DNA of 64,000 nucleotides from Selaginella moellendorffii (lineage: Eukaryota; Plantae; Lycopodiophyta): the NCBI RefSeq assembly GCF_000143415.4, contig NW_003314293.1:960062-1024061 (forward strand). Direction: 5' to 3'. Shown one piece after another: positions 40,416-52,847 of the stretch; position 1 is the first letter of the stretch, and the number at the start of each line of letters is the position of its first letter. A program made the position numbers and the translations under genes. Under the pieces are notes generated by a model. That model was not told the DNA's origin. It saw only the letters and a program-made list of their open reading frames with translations, and did no database searches.

Positions 40416-42738
40416 CATTAGGTGCCAACTTTGACCACGTGGTCAATGTCGGTCAAAGAGAGGCTGAAGGGTATATTAAGGCATACTGTAGAGCTCACAG
40501 TGGAGCGATAGTGCAATGGAGCTTTTGAGGTAGCTTGGGCGTGGTTGGGTAGTGAGGAACCTCAAGAGGTGGTATAACATAGTCTAAGGTGACTAGATCT
40601 CTGTTTTTTTTGCACTTGATCATAACATTGGTATCAGAGGAGGAGGTTGCGATGGCTGGTCAAGCCGAACACTGAAACTATATTGTCTATGGTGGTGCCG
40701 ATGATGGTGCTGATGGAGCTGTGGAGATTTGGACCATTCAAGATGTTGTTCATGAGCTGCGAGCCCTTAAACAGAATCAGCAAGAGATGCAAGACAAGAT
40801 ACATGGTATGATGGATACTATGCATAGGCGTGTTGACGCACTTGAGGCTGGACGTAGTAACGCTCCAAGTAAGCTTTCCTTGGTTCACTCAAGATTCCAA
40901 CCTTTTCTAGTGATGGTGGTGTGGACGAGTGTCTTGCTTGGCTAGCGAATGTGAAAAAGTTCTTGATTGCTAGAGGAACTCCAGATGTAGAGGCTTTAGT
41001 GGCTATTCCAAAGGATTTCCGTGATGTCGGTCTTCGATGGTCGAATTGGCTTAAGGAGTCTCATGTTGTGGATAAAAACCACCAGTGTCAACCATGGATG
41101 AGTTTGAGGCTGCTTTTCATTTATGTTTTGCCCCTCACTACAACATAAAGAATGCTCACACAAAACAGGGAAAATGATGCTCGGGGGCTATATTGAGAAG
41201 CATTACTCACTTGATTAGCCATGTTTCAACAAAGGATCCAGATCAAAATAAGTCCTACTTCATTGATAGCTTTCATAGTGAGAGCATGTGGCAACACTTG
41301 TGTCATTCTCAACCTACAAAGAGTTTGGAGGAGCTCTTTGATGCAGCTTATCAACTTGACAATGACAAGCACAAGTCTCGCATGCATTCTCGGAGTCCTT
41401 CTGTCAAGAATTGTCGTGATGATTGCCATGGATATAAGGATGGGAACAAGCATCACAAGTTGAAATCTGTGGTGACTACTTCAGATGCAAAAAGGTCAAA
41501 GAAGCAGAAGTTCTTTGTGAAGCATTATAGATAGGGCTGTCATCATTGCGGTGAGCTTGGACACTACAAGGTTGATTGTCCACAGCTGAAGAACAAACAG
41601 TAGGGCAAGAAGAATGGCCAATCTTCTACTGACAATAAGTTAGATACATAAAAGTTGCAAACTTTGCAGCTGAGGATGATGGGGACGACCATTCTAGTCA
41701 GAAGAAGAGGCTCAGCAAAGTTTGTTGCAGAGCATGGCCTAGTCACACGAGGAGTTCTTCCATACACGGTGGAAGATGCAACTACCTCTGCGCAGCAATT
41801 TAATGCTTGTGTCGAGGGGTTGGAAGTGTTGGTTGGCAAAATCACACTTGTAGAGACTTTTTATTTCATGGATATCCATCATGTGGATCTCATTTTTGGG
41901 ATGCCATGGTTGGTTAAGGTGGATCCAAAGATAAAGTGGAGTATTAAACATGTCTCACTGGAGTATGGTGGCATTAAAGATGTGTGGTTTGAAAAGGGAG
42001 TTCAACCTCCAATTATTATGCTCTCCATTACATCTTTGAAGTGGGTTTGTCATAATGGAAAAACACTTTTAAGTTACTTGCTGTTTGTTTGTGACTTAGG
42101 GGACTAAGGCACGTGTGGGGGAGAAACAGCAATACATGATGTACTTGATGAGTTTTTAATGTTTTTCCATCTGAACTTCTTCATGGGTTGCTTCCATTAC
42201 GAGTTGTGGAGCATGGGATTACGTTGGAGCCGGGGATGCGGCCAATTTACCGGCATCCATTTCGGTTAAGGTATGCGGAGGAGAAAAAAGTTCAACAACA
42301 AGTCAAGGAGTTACTTAAGTTTAGATTTATTCAACCAAGTAAGTCTCCGTTTGGTGCTCTAGTCTTGCTTGTGAAGAAGGACGGCTCAATGTAGATGTAT
42401 ATTGATTACCATGCCTTAAACAAGAAAACAGTGAAGGATAAGATGCTGATGCCATGTATGGATGATATCCTAGACAAGCTTGGTGAAGCATGAGTGTTTA
42501 CCAAGATTGATCTGAGAAGTGGATATTATCAAATTGTGATGGATGATGCATCTATCTCTAAGACGGCATTCAACACAAGCTTCAGACATTTTGAGTTTAC
42601 AGTTATGCCATTTGGTTTGACAAATGCACCAGCCACATTTACTCGGTTGATGACGGAGTTATTTGGGCATTATCTTCATGAGTTTGTGGAGATTTTCTTG
42701 GACAATATTCTTGTTTTCAGCAAGAATATGGAGGAGCA
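40416..42738 (+). mobile_element. Older truncated family-F Gypsy copy (element E): 5' LTR ~40416-40627, PBS, decayed gag-PR-RT; cut within RT by the DNA transposon
   Basis: LTR is the reverse complement of 50830-51061. PBS TGGTATCAGAG at 40629. ORFs are homologous to 48313-50670 (FTKIDLRSGYYQI, FSKNMEE). Deletion at ~41710 removes the protease active site. Confidence 0.9.
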
Positions 42739-45700
42739 GGGGCTGGGTAGTTTTTGAGCTGAGCTCAAGTTAATGAAAGTCAATGAAAGTCAATATAGTC
42801 CACCAAATATAAAAGTTGATGTTTAAATGATTGGTTCAGGATGAACCAACAATTCTATTCAAAACTGAAGACATATTTTCAGTCAAAGAAAAAGCCAAAT
42901 AATATAAGTCTAATAAGAAAATAAATATCATAAGTCAAAGAAGGAACTCTATATTACCACTAAAAAATTCTACTAAAAAAAAACTAAACTTAATCTTCCT
43001 CAGCATCCACATCCACAAAAGGAGTTTGTATAGTATTATGCTCTCTAATTGTGGCTCTTGTTGTATATAAGCTTGTGCCATTGCTTCTACATAACATGGC
43101 AATTTATAACCCACGTCATCGATCCACCTAATATACACAACCATGATGGAATTACTATAATGAGAAATTCACCTCATGAGAAATACAATACCCAACATCC
43201 TTGGATCCAAATATGCACTTTGACTGGTTTTAAATTCATACTTTATTATCACCTGTTATGAAATGTCCTAAGAACACCTTCAAATGCACTCTCCTTCTCT
43301 AGTGCAAAAACTGCATGGCTAGTCTCTTTAGCCACTAGCACCATCGAATCAAAACCTGCTATAGCATCAAGTACAATCCCCTTATGAGGACAAAAAAGCT
43401 CTAGGAGGATTTGCATGGCCTTTGGTAAATGGTGTCAATAGTCAAGGAACTCTATAATGATCCTTATTGATGACATTTGGGATGATATCTATTGAGCTAT
43501 CATATCCTAGCAATGCCAAACCTTGCACACTCATCAGCTCATGTAATACTGTGATGGCAAGAGTAGTGGCAAAGTGCATGGTAGCTCTATGCTAAAACCT
43601 ACAATGAAAAGAGGCAATCAATTTAAGATATGAAAAATAAGGAAATGCAAACCTTTTGGATTCAGCCACTTGCTCCTTTTGTTTCGACCGGGATGTTTGA
43701 GAGTAGGCAGCTTGATGCAACTCAACCAATCTAGAGTCATCATTCTCCGCCATCGTTGCAAGAAGACCTCCCCAAAATAAAGAACGGGGAAGAATGACTA
43801 GCATAATGCCCTCATATTGCAACACCTTGGATGCCACATCCACTGCTTGAGAAATATGGTTTGGTCGAAGGATGTTCTAGGATGGAGTGTCGCCTTGTAA
43901 AGGTAGTAACCCATTAGGCAAGTCGAAGAATGCGAGGTTGATGTTGAAAGTGTTGTTCATTCCCAATCCTCACATCTATTGATGGAACATAAAAGACTCT
44001 TGGCTCACATTGTTGGAAAGCTGAAAGTAGTCCCCAATAACTATTTCCATATTGCCAACACTTCCCATAAGAGAAAGAGCACGAACTTGAATAGTGTTCA
44101 AAACTAGGAAATATTAAAGTTAATACATGTTTTTTTTCATACCTGTTTATGTAAAGCCGATGAAGATAAATCTTGGAGGTCATCCTTTGTAGTAGTGGGG
44201 AGGGATGGAAAGAATGCATTTATACATCGGCATATAGAGTGCTGGCTAGTTTTTTCGACATCTACAACCAAATCACAATAAGCAAGGTCATTGGAAATCA
44301 AGTTTTTACTCTCTTGGACGTCCTCACTATGGAGTTGCCTTCGTACATTTCGAGCAGTCGGGGCTGAATGAGCAGCAGCAGTAGGATCTGGGGAATGAGC
44401 AACTGCTGTAGGATGAGATGGGGCAGGAGAGTTTTCAGCTAGGTTCTCCACTTGTTTGTCTTTGTTTTTCTCAATATGAATCTTGTCCCTATCCTGAGGC
44501 ATCTCCACTCCCTCCAAAAGTGTCTCTACAATAAAGTAGAAAAATAAGTTACTACTAGGAAGTTTTACTCATCAAACCTGGATGACACTTGAAGTAGAGA
44601 TCAAGCTCAAAAGGTGACGATGGCATTTGCCTCCACAACTCCAAGTATCATAGATAAAGTTTTCACTCCCGCATAGTGGGACAATGGAACTCTGGTTCAT
44701 ACATGCCAAATTTCTTTCCACCAGTTAAGAGCTTGAGAAAAACACTTGTTGTGTACATTGGAGCACCTGAGCAATGATTTAAATACCTACAAAAGAGTCA
44801 TGATTAAATAAACAAGTCAATTTCTTGCAATGTACCTATATGCCATGCGACGCGAGAAAAATGGTTGGCCTGGCTGGTTCTTGAAATCCATAGAGCTTGA
44901 GTTGCTATCAGGAAGCCATCCATCTCCAAGCTCTTGAAGGTAAGCTCGGACATATTCTGGAAGTGTTATGCCGGTGCAGGCACTAGTAAGGAACTTTATA
45001 TCTCATGTTTGAAGTAGCTCCTCAATAGTAACAATACTTTGAGTGATATAGAGCTTCTCCTTCATCACATTCTCAAGTTTGTTCTTCAACCTCTTATCAT
45101 TATTACGATGCCAAGTGTTGAGGAGCTCTAAGCAAGAGGTTTGTTCGTTGAAAGAGAACTTGCTTTTTGCGATGTTATAAATCAATTTTTCAGGTGCTTT
45201 ACCATTTCCTGCAAGGACAAGGATTTCAAAGTGGAATGAGAAAGATAAAAGGGACTAACTTACTGCCACGAGAGCATAACTTTGCAATGCAATCTAGGCA
45301 GTCTTTATTGCATCGAATGTCTGTAATTGCAAGTAGCTTCTTCACCTTTGATTTCTTCAAGTTCAAAATGCGCTGCTCAATTTGTCGTAGTTCAAGTTCT
45401 TTTGCACCTCATCCATCACTTGTGTAATCTTCAAATATGAGTTTTGCTGCACCTTGACAATTGGCTAAAAGGAAAACTTGTGAGTAGAAAACACAAGTTC
45501 ATGCAAGAAAAGGATACCTTTGCCCAGACTACAACCAAAAAATCCATAAGCACTTGATACCAAGTAAGCAACTCCTGGCCTTTACGTGCTACAAGCTTTG
45601 GTTGAACTGCTTCCATAACCTCACAACTATACAGCATCTAGATTTCCCCAAGAGAAAGTATGCCAACATATCGAAGGTGCTCGATATTATGGACCAAGGT

Positions 45701-46058
45701 ATGTGCTTGAAAAGCAAACTGATTAAACCTATAACATAGTTAGTGAGAACAAATGTTACTAGTAAAAGATTCTTATATGTTGATCTTGTGGCATGCCAAG
45801 TTGAGCCTCACAACTTGGTTTCGATTCTGTGGCTCCACAAGTGTCACTAGAACACAAATATGTCACTCGTCATCATCCTAGAACTTCTCTTGGATACACC
45901 TCCAAAACGCTAGCCACCGGTGGTTTCCATCAATAATGAAGAACATCCAGCCTACAAAGGCTTGTGTCTCCTTGTGGCACACCATCAAAGTATCAAACTC
46001 CTGAGATTTCCTCTGCCATATTTGATCCCAAGTCTGTTTGATCTCAGGAGTAACCATG

Positions 46059-49000
46059 TGTTATGATCCGGCGCAAAAAGACAGAGATTTAGTCGCCCTA
46101 GACTATGCTATGCCACCTCTTGAGGTTCCTCACCACCCAACCACCCCCGAGCTACCTCAAAAGCTCCACTGCGTTGCCACTCCACTGTGAGCCCTAGGGT
46201 AGGTTAATCCCTTACCCTAACATGCCTTAATATACCCTTGAGCCTTCCTTTGACCGAAGTTGACCACGTAGTCAAAGCTGGCGCCTAACAATTCTTCCCC
46301 CCCAACAAAGTCCTTGTCCCAAGGACGAGTTGTACCGGTGATCACCCTTTCTGGGGAACCCTGCTCAAGCTCCTGGTCCATCTTCCACAGCCGTGTACAT
46401 CAAGGAGGCATTGGGCCCGTCACTCTGAGATAGTACACCTTTCAACTGGCTGACATAAAATACCGGATGAATTTTCACCCCAGCTGGCAGCTGCACCTGA
46501 TAAGCCGCTTTACCAATGCGCTCCAGCAGTTCATATGGACCAGCATATCGATGGAAAAGTTTATCACTCTTCCCTGTCTGTAAAGGCACCAAGGTGTTCT
46601 ACCGCTAACTTGACGAAAGATCACTCGCACAAAGACGAGATCACCCACTTTATATTCCTGGAATTAGCGATGCTCATTGGCAAACTTCTCCGCTCTATCC
46701 TGAGCTACTTGCAAATTCCGTTTGCACACCACCAAAATCTCATCAAGTTCTGTGGCCAAATCAATCGCCTCGGAATCAAGCTTATCTTGAACATCCTTAC
46801 TCAAATGCAAACCCAACTCCACCGCTGTTCGAGGATGCCTTCCAAACATGGCAAAATAAGGACTTAGCTTGGTTCCACTGTGTTGGCTATTGTTGTAAGC
46901 AAACTGCACCAACGGAAGATATAGATCCCACTGTCCTTGCCTTTGACCAATGCTACAACGTAGCATATCCTCCACCACCTGATTCACACGCTTGGTTTGC
47001 CCATCCGTCTGAGGATAATCTCCACTCGAGAGTTTCAAAGTCACTTGCATAGCTTTTGCAAAGCTTTTCCAAAATCCACTAGTGAACTTTGAATCTCGAT
47101 CACTAATGATGTCCTCTGGCAAACCAAAATCAGGAAAAACCTTCTCCAAGTAAACCGCAGCCAAGTCTGAGGCAGTGACAGTCTTCCGAAGAGCCAACAA
47201 CTGCATATACTTCGTCAACCGATCCACTATGACCCATACTTGCTCCTTTTGCCTCTGTGTTCGTGGCAAATAAGTGATGAAGTCCATAGAGATACTACAC
47301 CAACGGCTTTGAGGAATAGGTAAAGGTTGCAAAAGTCCCCCCGGCTTCTCCCATGGCACCTTAACCCGCTGACAAAGCTCACATGATTTACAATACTTGA
47401 GGATATCAACTTTCATATTCCTCCAATAAAAGTTGCGCTTAATCAACTCATACGTCTTCTTCCCCCCAAAATGACCGGCCTCTGGACGATCTTGATAGTG
47501 GAATAAAACTTGAGTAATTAACGCATCCACCCAGGGCAAATATACACGGCCATTGTAATAGAGAATCCCATCCACCAATGAGAAAGGGGCTTCCATTTGG
47601 TCTCGCAAAGAGGCCACCTCAGCATCCTGAGCCTGAGCATGCTCAACCAATTGCCTAAACTCACTGACCACCTTACTCAAATGATGATAAAATCGTGTTT
47701 GTAACGTCGTCACATGACAAACACGAGATAATGCATTTGCCACCACATTTGATTTTCCCGGACGATGCTCAATAGGAAACTTCCCAAACTCTATGAATTT
47801 GACCATCCAACGAGCTTGCCTAGTGTTCAACTCCTTCTGTGTGAAAAGATACACAAGTGGTTTGTGATCTGTTAACACCACGAACACTGCATCATAAAGA
47901 TAGTGCCGCCACGTCCACAAAGCATGAACAATAGAGAGTAACTCTTGCTCATATGTGGAATAGCGTTGCTCTGCGGAATTCAAAGTTCAACTCTCATATC
48001 CAATAGGCTGTCCCTCTTGCATGAGAACTCCTCCCAGTGCATACCCACTGGCAGCTGCATGTGGGGAGTCAATGACTGCATGCAGCTACATTAGCTAGAT
48101 CGACGGATTATGTACCACATATTGACCAACCTGCCACCAGATGCTCATGTCACCTCGTACGGTTTCGATGGATTAGCAATGCAAAGCACTGAAGTCTCGC
48201 TCAACAATCATTTTAGCGCCACAAAACTCTCCTTTTGTGGCTTCTTCCACTCGAATGGCACATTCTTGCGTAACAACCGCGTCAAAGGAATAGCCACCTC
48301 TACAAACTTATACTAGAAACATCGGTAGTAACTAGCCATACAAGGAAAACTGCACAACTCGGCCACTGTAGTCGGTGTAGGCCAGTTTTCCACCACAGCC
48401 ACCTTTCTTGAATTCGTCTTGACACCCTGAGATGTCACAATATGGGCTAGATATTCCACCTCCGACTTTGCAAATTCACATTTGCTCTTCTTTGCATAAA
48501 GTTTGCTGTTTTGAAGTAACAAAAGAACCTTGCGCAAATGCACCCTATGCTCCTCCATATTCTTGCTAAAAACAAGAATATCGTCCAAGAAAATCTCCAC
48601 AAACTCATGAAGATAACGCCCAAATACCTCCGTCATCAACCAAGTAAATATGGCCAGTGCATTCATCAAACCAAACGGCATAACTGTAAACTCAAAATGT
48701 CTGAAGCTTGTGCTGAATGCCATCTTGGAGATAGATGCATCATCCATTGCAATTTGATGATATCCACTCCTCAGATCAATCTTGGTAAACACTCGTGCTT
48801 CACCAAGCTTGTCCAGGATATCATCCACACGTGGCATTGGCATCTTATCCTTCACTGTCTTCTTGTTCAAAGCGCGGTAGTCAATACACATTCACATCGA
48901 ACCATCCTTCTTCTTCACAAGCAAGACCGGAGCACCAAATGGAGACTTACTTGGCTGAATAAATCCAAACTCAAGTAACTCCTTGACTTGTCGTTGAACT

Positions 49001-51061
49001 TCTTGCTCCTCCGCATAGCTTAACCGAAATGGACACCGGTAAATTGGTTGCGTCCCCGGCTCCAATGTAATCCCATGCTCCACACCTCGTAACAGAGGCA
49101 ATCCATGAGGAAGTTCAGATGGAAAAACATTAGATAACGCGTCTAGTACATCCTGTACTGCTGCTTCTCCCCCACATGTGCCTTGGTCCCCCAAGTCACG
49201 AACAAACGGCAAGTAACTCAAAAGTGCTTTTCCATTACGACAAGCTCGCTTCAAAAATGTAGCAGAGAGCATAACAACTGGTGGTTGAACGCCCTCGCCA
49301 AACCACACATCTTTAACGCCACCATACTCTAGCGAGATACGCTTAATACTCCACTTTATCTCTGGATCCACCTTCACCAACCATGGCATCCCGAGAATGA
49401 GATCCACACGATGGATATCCGCGAGATAAAAAGTCTCCACAAGTGTAGTTTTGCCAACCAACACTTCCAACCCCTCGACACAAGCATTGAAATGTTGAGT
49501 AGAGGTAGCTGCACCTTCCACTGTGTATGGAAGAATGCCGAATGTGACCAGGCCATGCTCCGCAACAAACTTTGCCGAAACAAAGTTGTCATTGCTCCCA
49601 CTATCCAGTAAAATCCGCACTGGATCGCCACGGAACACGCCCTCCAGCATTAAAGCTGATTCACGCGTATCCTCGAGCTCCATCTTGTTCCACACACAGT
49701 TGAGCTCATGAGCAACGATCGAAAGTCGCTTCCTCCGACCGGAATGGTCATTCTCCTCATCCTCACGCTGCAAAGTTTGCAACTTTTTAGTATCTGACTT
49801 ACCGTGAGAAGAAGATTGGCTATTCTTCTTGTCCTGCTGCTTGTTCTTCAACTGCAGACAATCAGCCTTGTAATGTCCAAGTTCCCCGCAATGATGACAA
49901 CCCTGTCTATAATTCTTCACAAAGAACTTCTGCTTCTTGGACCCCTTTGCATCTGAAGTAGTCACCACCGACTTCAACTTGTGATGCTTGTTCCCATCCT
50001 TGTGTCCACAACGATCATCACGACAATTCTCGACAGAAGGACTCCGCGAATGCTTGCGGGACTTGTGCTTGTCATTGTCAAGTCGACAAGCTGCATCAAA
50101 GAGGTCCTCCAAACTCTTTGTAGGTTGAGAATGACATAAGTGTTGCCGCATGCTCTCACTATGTAGGCCATCAATGAAGTAGGACTTGTTCTGATCTGGA
50201 TCCTTCATTGGAACACGACTAATCAAGCGAGTAAGCTTCTCAATATAGTCCTCGAGCGTTATTTTCCCTTGCTGGAAATGTCGAAGTTCCGTACGAGCAT
50301 TCTCCACATCGTAATGAGGGGCAAAACGTAAACGGAAAACAGCCTCAAATTCATCCATGGTAGATACTAGTGGTTTCTTATCTGCAATACGGGACTCCTC
50401 AAGCCAATTCCACCATCGAAGACCCGCATCACACAAAACCATCGGAATAGCCACTAAAGCCTCTGCATCCGGAGTTCCCCTAGCAGCCAAGAACTTCTTC
50501 ACATTGGCTAGCCAAGCGAGACACTCGTCCACACCACCATCACCGGAAAAAGTTGGAATCTTGAGTCGATCTACCAAAGAAGGCTTACTTGGAGCACTAC
50601 CCCGTCCAGCCTCAAGTGCCTCAACACGTCCACGCATGGTATCCATCATGCCATGCATCTCGTCTTGCATCTCTTACTGATTTCGGTTAAGAGCTCGCAG
50701 CTCATGAACCACATCTTGAATGTTCCAAATCTCCGCAGCTTCATCAGCACCATCGTCGACACCACCATCGACAATAGGATTCCAGCGTTCAGCTTGGTCG
50801 GCCATCGCAACCAACTTCTTTGATACCAATGTTATGATCCGGTGCAAAAAGACAGAGATCTAGTCGCCCTAGACTATGCTCCGCCACCTCTTGAGGTTCC
50901 TCACCACCCAACCACCCCTGAGCTACCTCAAAAGCTCCACTGTGCCGCCGCTCCACTGTGAGCCCTAGGGTAGGTTAATCCCATACCCTAACATGCCTTA
51001 ATATACCCTTGAGCCTCCCTTTGACCGACGTTGACCACGTAGTCAAAGCTGGCGCCTAACA
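46059..51061 (-). mobile_element. Full-length Ty3/Gypsy (chromovirus-type pol, no chromodomain seen), element F; 232-bp LTRs 46059-46290 and 50830-51061
   Basis: TG...CA LTR pair (about 12 differences by eye). PBS TGGTATCAAAG next to 50830. PPT GGGGGGGAAGAAT next to 46290. Confidence 0.95.
46365..50805 (-). pseudogene. gag-pol polyprotein of element F (gag, CCHC knuckle, protease, RT, RNase H, integrase), with a few stops and frameshifts
   Basis: CHHCGELGHYKADC, ILLDSGSNDNF, FTKIDLRSGYHQI, IFLDDILVFS, SMDFIT...DIISDRDSKF...[14 protein letters not shown]...[11 protein letters not shown]. Confidence 0.95.
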
Positions 51062-51067
51062 ATAAAT

Positions 51068-51461
51068 TGCTATGCACCAGGTCAGGATAATAGGATAAAG
51101 AAAGGGCCCTGCAATCAAATGATCACCCCTTTAACCAGTTGGTTTAGGGTGTAAGGGATAGGATCCTAACATTGGTATCGGAGCCCAGTTCGATTCTCAT
51201 GGCTGATGAGTGGGGCAGGAATATTCTGAAGGAATATTTAACATGGTGGATCTAGAGGGAGAACCAAGGTTTGGTAGACCCTAAGAGAAGGACCATGGTG
51301 ACCGGATGGTGGCCTAAGTATGATCACGGACGATCATTCCCTGACGAGGGGGAGGATTGTTAGGCACCAAGTCAGGATAATAGGATAAAGAAAGGGCCCT
51401 GCAATCAAGTGATCACCCCTTTAGCCAGTTGGTTTAGGGTGTAAGGGATAGGATCCTAACA
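51068..51461 (+). mobile_element. TRIM (terminal-repeat retrotransposon in miniature), 394 bp; 104-bp LTRs 51068-51171 and 51358-51461
   Basis: Direct TG...CA repeats (5 differences). PBS TGGTATCGGAGC follows LTR1. PPT GAGGGGGAGGAT precedes LTR2. Non-coding interior. Confidence 0.95.
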
Positions 51462-52204
51462 CCATGTCTATGCATTTTGTTCCAGGGAATGATGATGACA
51501 TAATAAATGATCCAATAGTGTGCCCAAATTCAACCTCTGTGAAAGAGGTATAAATAGCCATATTAAGGTCGTAGGTTAAATGCACCTAGTGACTCTGCTT
51601 AAGACGGCAAAGTGAAATCTGAAGATGTTGGGATCCTTTCCAAGCCATTTCACCTAAACATGTTGATAGTTCGTTCTTGAGCCTGGATAACAGTCTCGCG
51701 TACTCGCTCATTCAAGATCATGTCGGCCTCTAGCATAGTTACCACCTCATTTTTGTGACCTTCAAGAGCAACAACATGTCCACCATTTCCACCACCAAGA
51801 TCTGCCCCACCACCTATAGCACTAGGTGCCTCATTTTTGCCACCTTGTTTTGCCCCACCACCTACGGCACTACCACCAACAGCTTCTCCTGTGCTATAGA
51901 TAGCTTATGCATTTCCACACTCTCTAGAACCATCTACCTCCTGCATGCTAACACCTGGATCAGGATCAACCATTACTTGGATCTGGACACCATTGCTCCC
52001 ACCATGGTCTTCCTTTGAAGCAGTGCTTTGAACTTGTGAGGTGTCTCTAGTGAATCTAGCACAACAGTCTAGTCGTTTTCCTGGAGAATGGGTCCATTGA
52101 GGTTAACTGGCACGCTTCTTCTGTTGTGGCATGATTTATATATTTGCATGAAAATGACAAATAAACTTGAGTAAACATTAAAAAAAAGTTTTGAAGAAAA
52201 ATAG

Positions 52205-52662
52205 GAGCAATTTCCTTGGCGCTAGGAAGATTGGTTCATACCAATCTTCCAGCACCAAAGGAATAAAAGAAAAAAAGAAAAGAAGTAGCTCCTTTGGTAT
52301 TGGGAAGATTAATTCAGTGGCAAACCAATCTTCCAGTGCCAAGAAAACTAAAAAAGAAAGAAAAGGAACAGCACTGAGAAGATTGGTTCGGCGGCAAACT
52401 AATCTTCTAGTGCTTAGAGAACAAAAAAAAAGGAAGAAAAGAAGTAGTTCCCTTAGCACTGGAAGATTGGTTCATCATCGAATCAATCTTCTCAGTGCCA
52501 AGGGAACAAAAAAAAACAAAAAAAGAAGCAGTTCCCTTGGCACGGGAAGATCGGTTCATTGCCAAACCGATCTTACAGCACCAAGGCAATGACAAGAAAA
52601 AAAAAACCCAGAATCTGTTGTGTTGGGAAGATGGGTTCGCTGCCGAACTGATCATTCCAATG
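52205..52662. repeat. Array of ~6 decayed long palindromes with A-rich spacers (transposon copy 1)
   Basis: Units of CCTTGGC..GGAAGATTGGTTC..GAACCAATCTT...CCAAGG type, homologous to 60639-61027. Confidence 0.85.
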
Positions 52663-52847
52663 CAAAGTAGCCATGAGGTGCAAGTTACTCGCAAGCTAGG
52701 AGCAAAAGATGGGGAGATGGAAAAGCAACAGAGAGAGGCATACCTTGATTGAGGAGTGTCTTTCTAGTGTATTGAAGAGCATCTAGCATCTTGATTGAGA
52801 AGCATCTTAAAGTATATTGCGAGATTCAAGCACTTTATGTGGTCGAG

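Larger units (their letters stand above)
43240..52132 (-). pseudogene. ParB/Srx-like + amino-(N6A/N4C) methyltransferase gene, copy 1; disrupted by the 46059-51466 insertion and by stop codons
   Basis: Homologous to 57112-60574. FFIIDGNHRW at ~45915-45945, INLAFFDLPNG at ~43910-43942, IVLDAIAGFDS at ~43345-43378. Confidence 0.75.

Noticed and set aside
42739-42770. PIF/Harbinger assignment from GGG termini and two-gene layout
   Set aside because: The transposase motifs (CxxH, SWIM) are Mutator-type and no consistent TAA/TTA TSD is demonstrable.
48570-48600. FLDD instead of YxDD in RT as a novelty
   Set aside because: F at this position is common in plant Ty3/Gypsy RTs.
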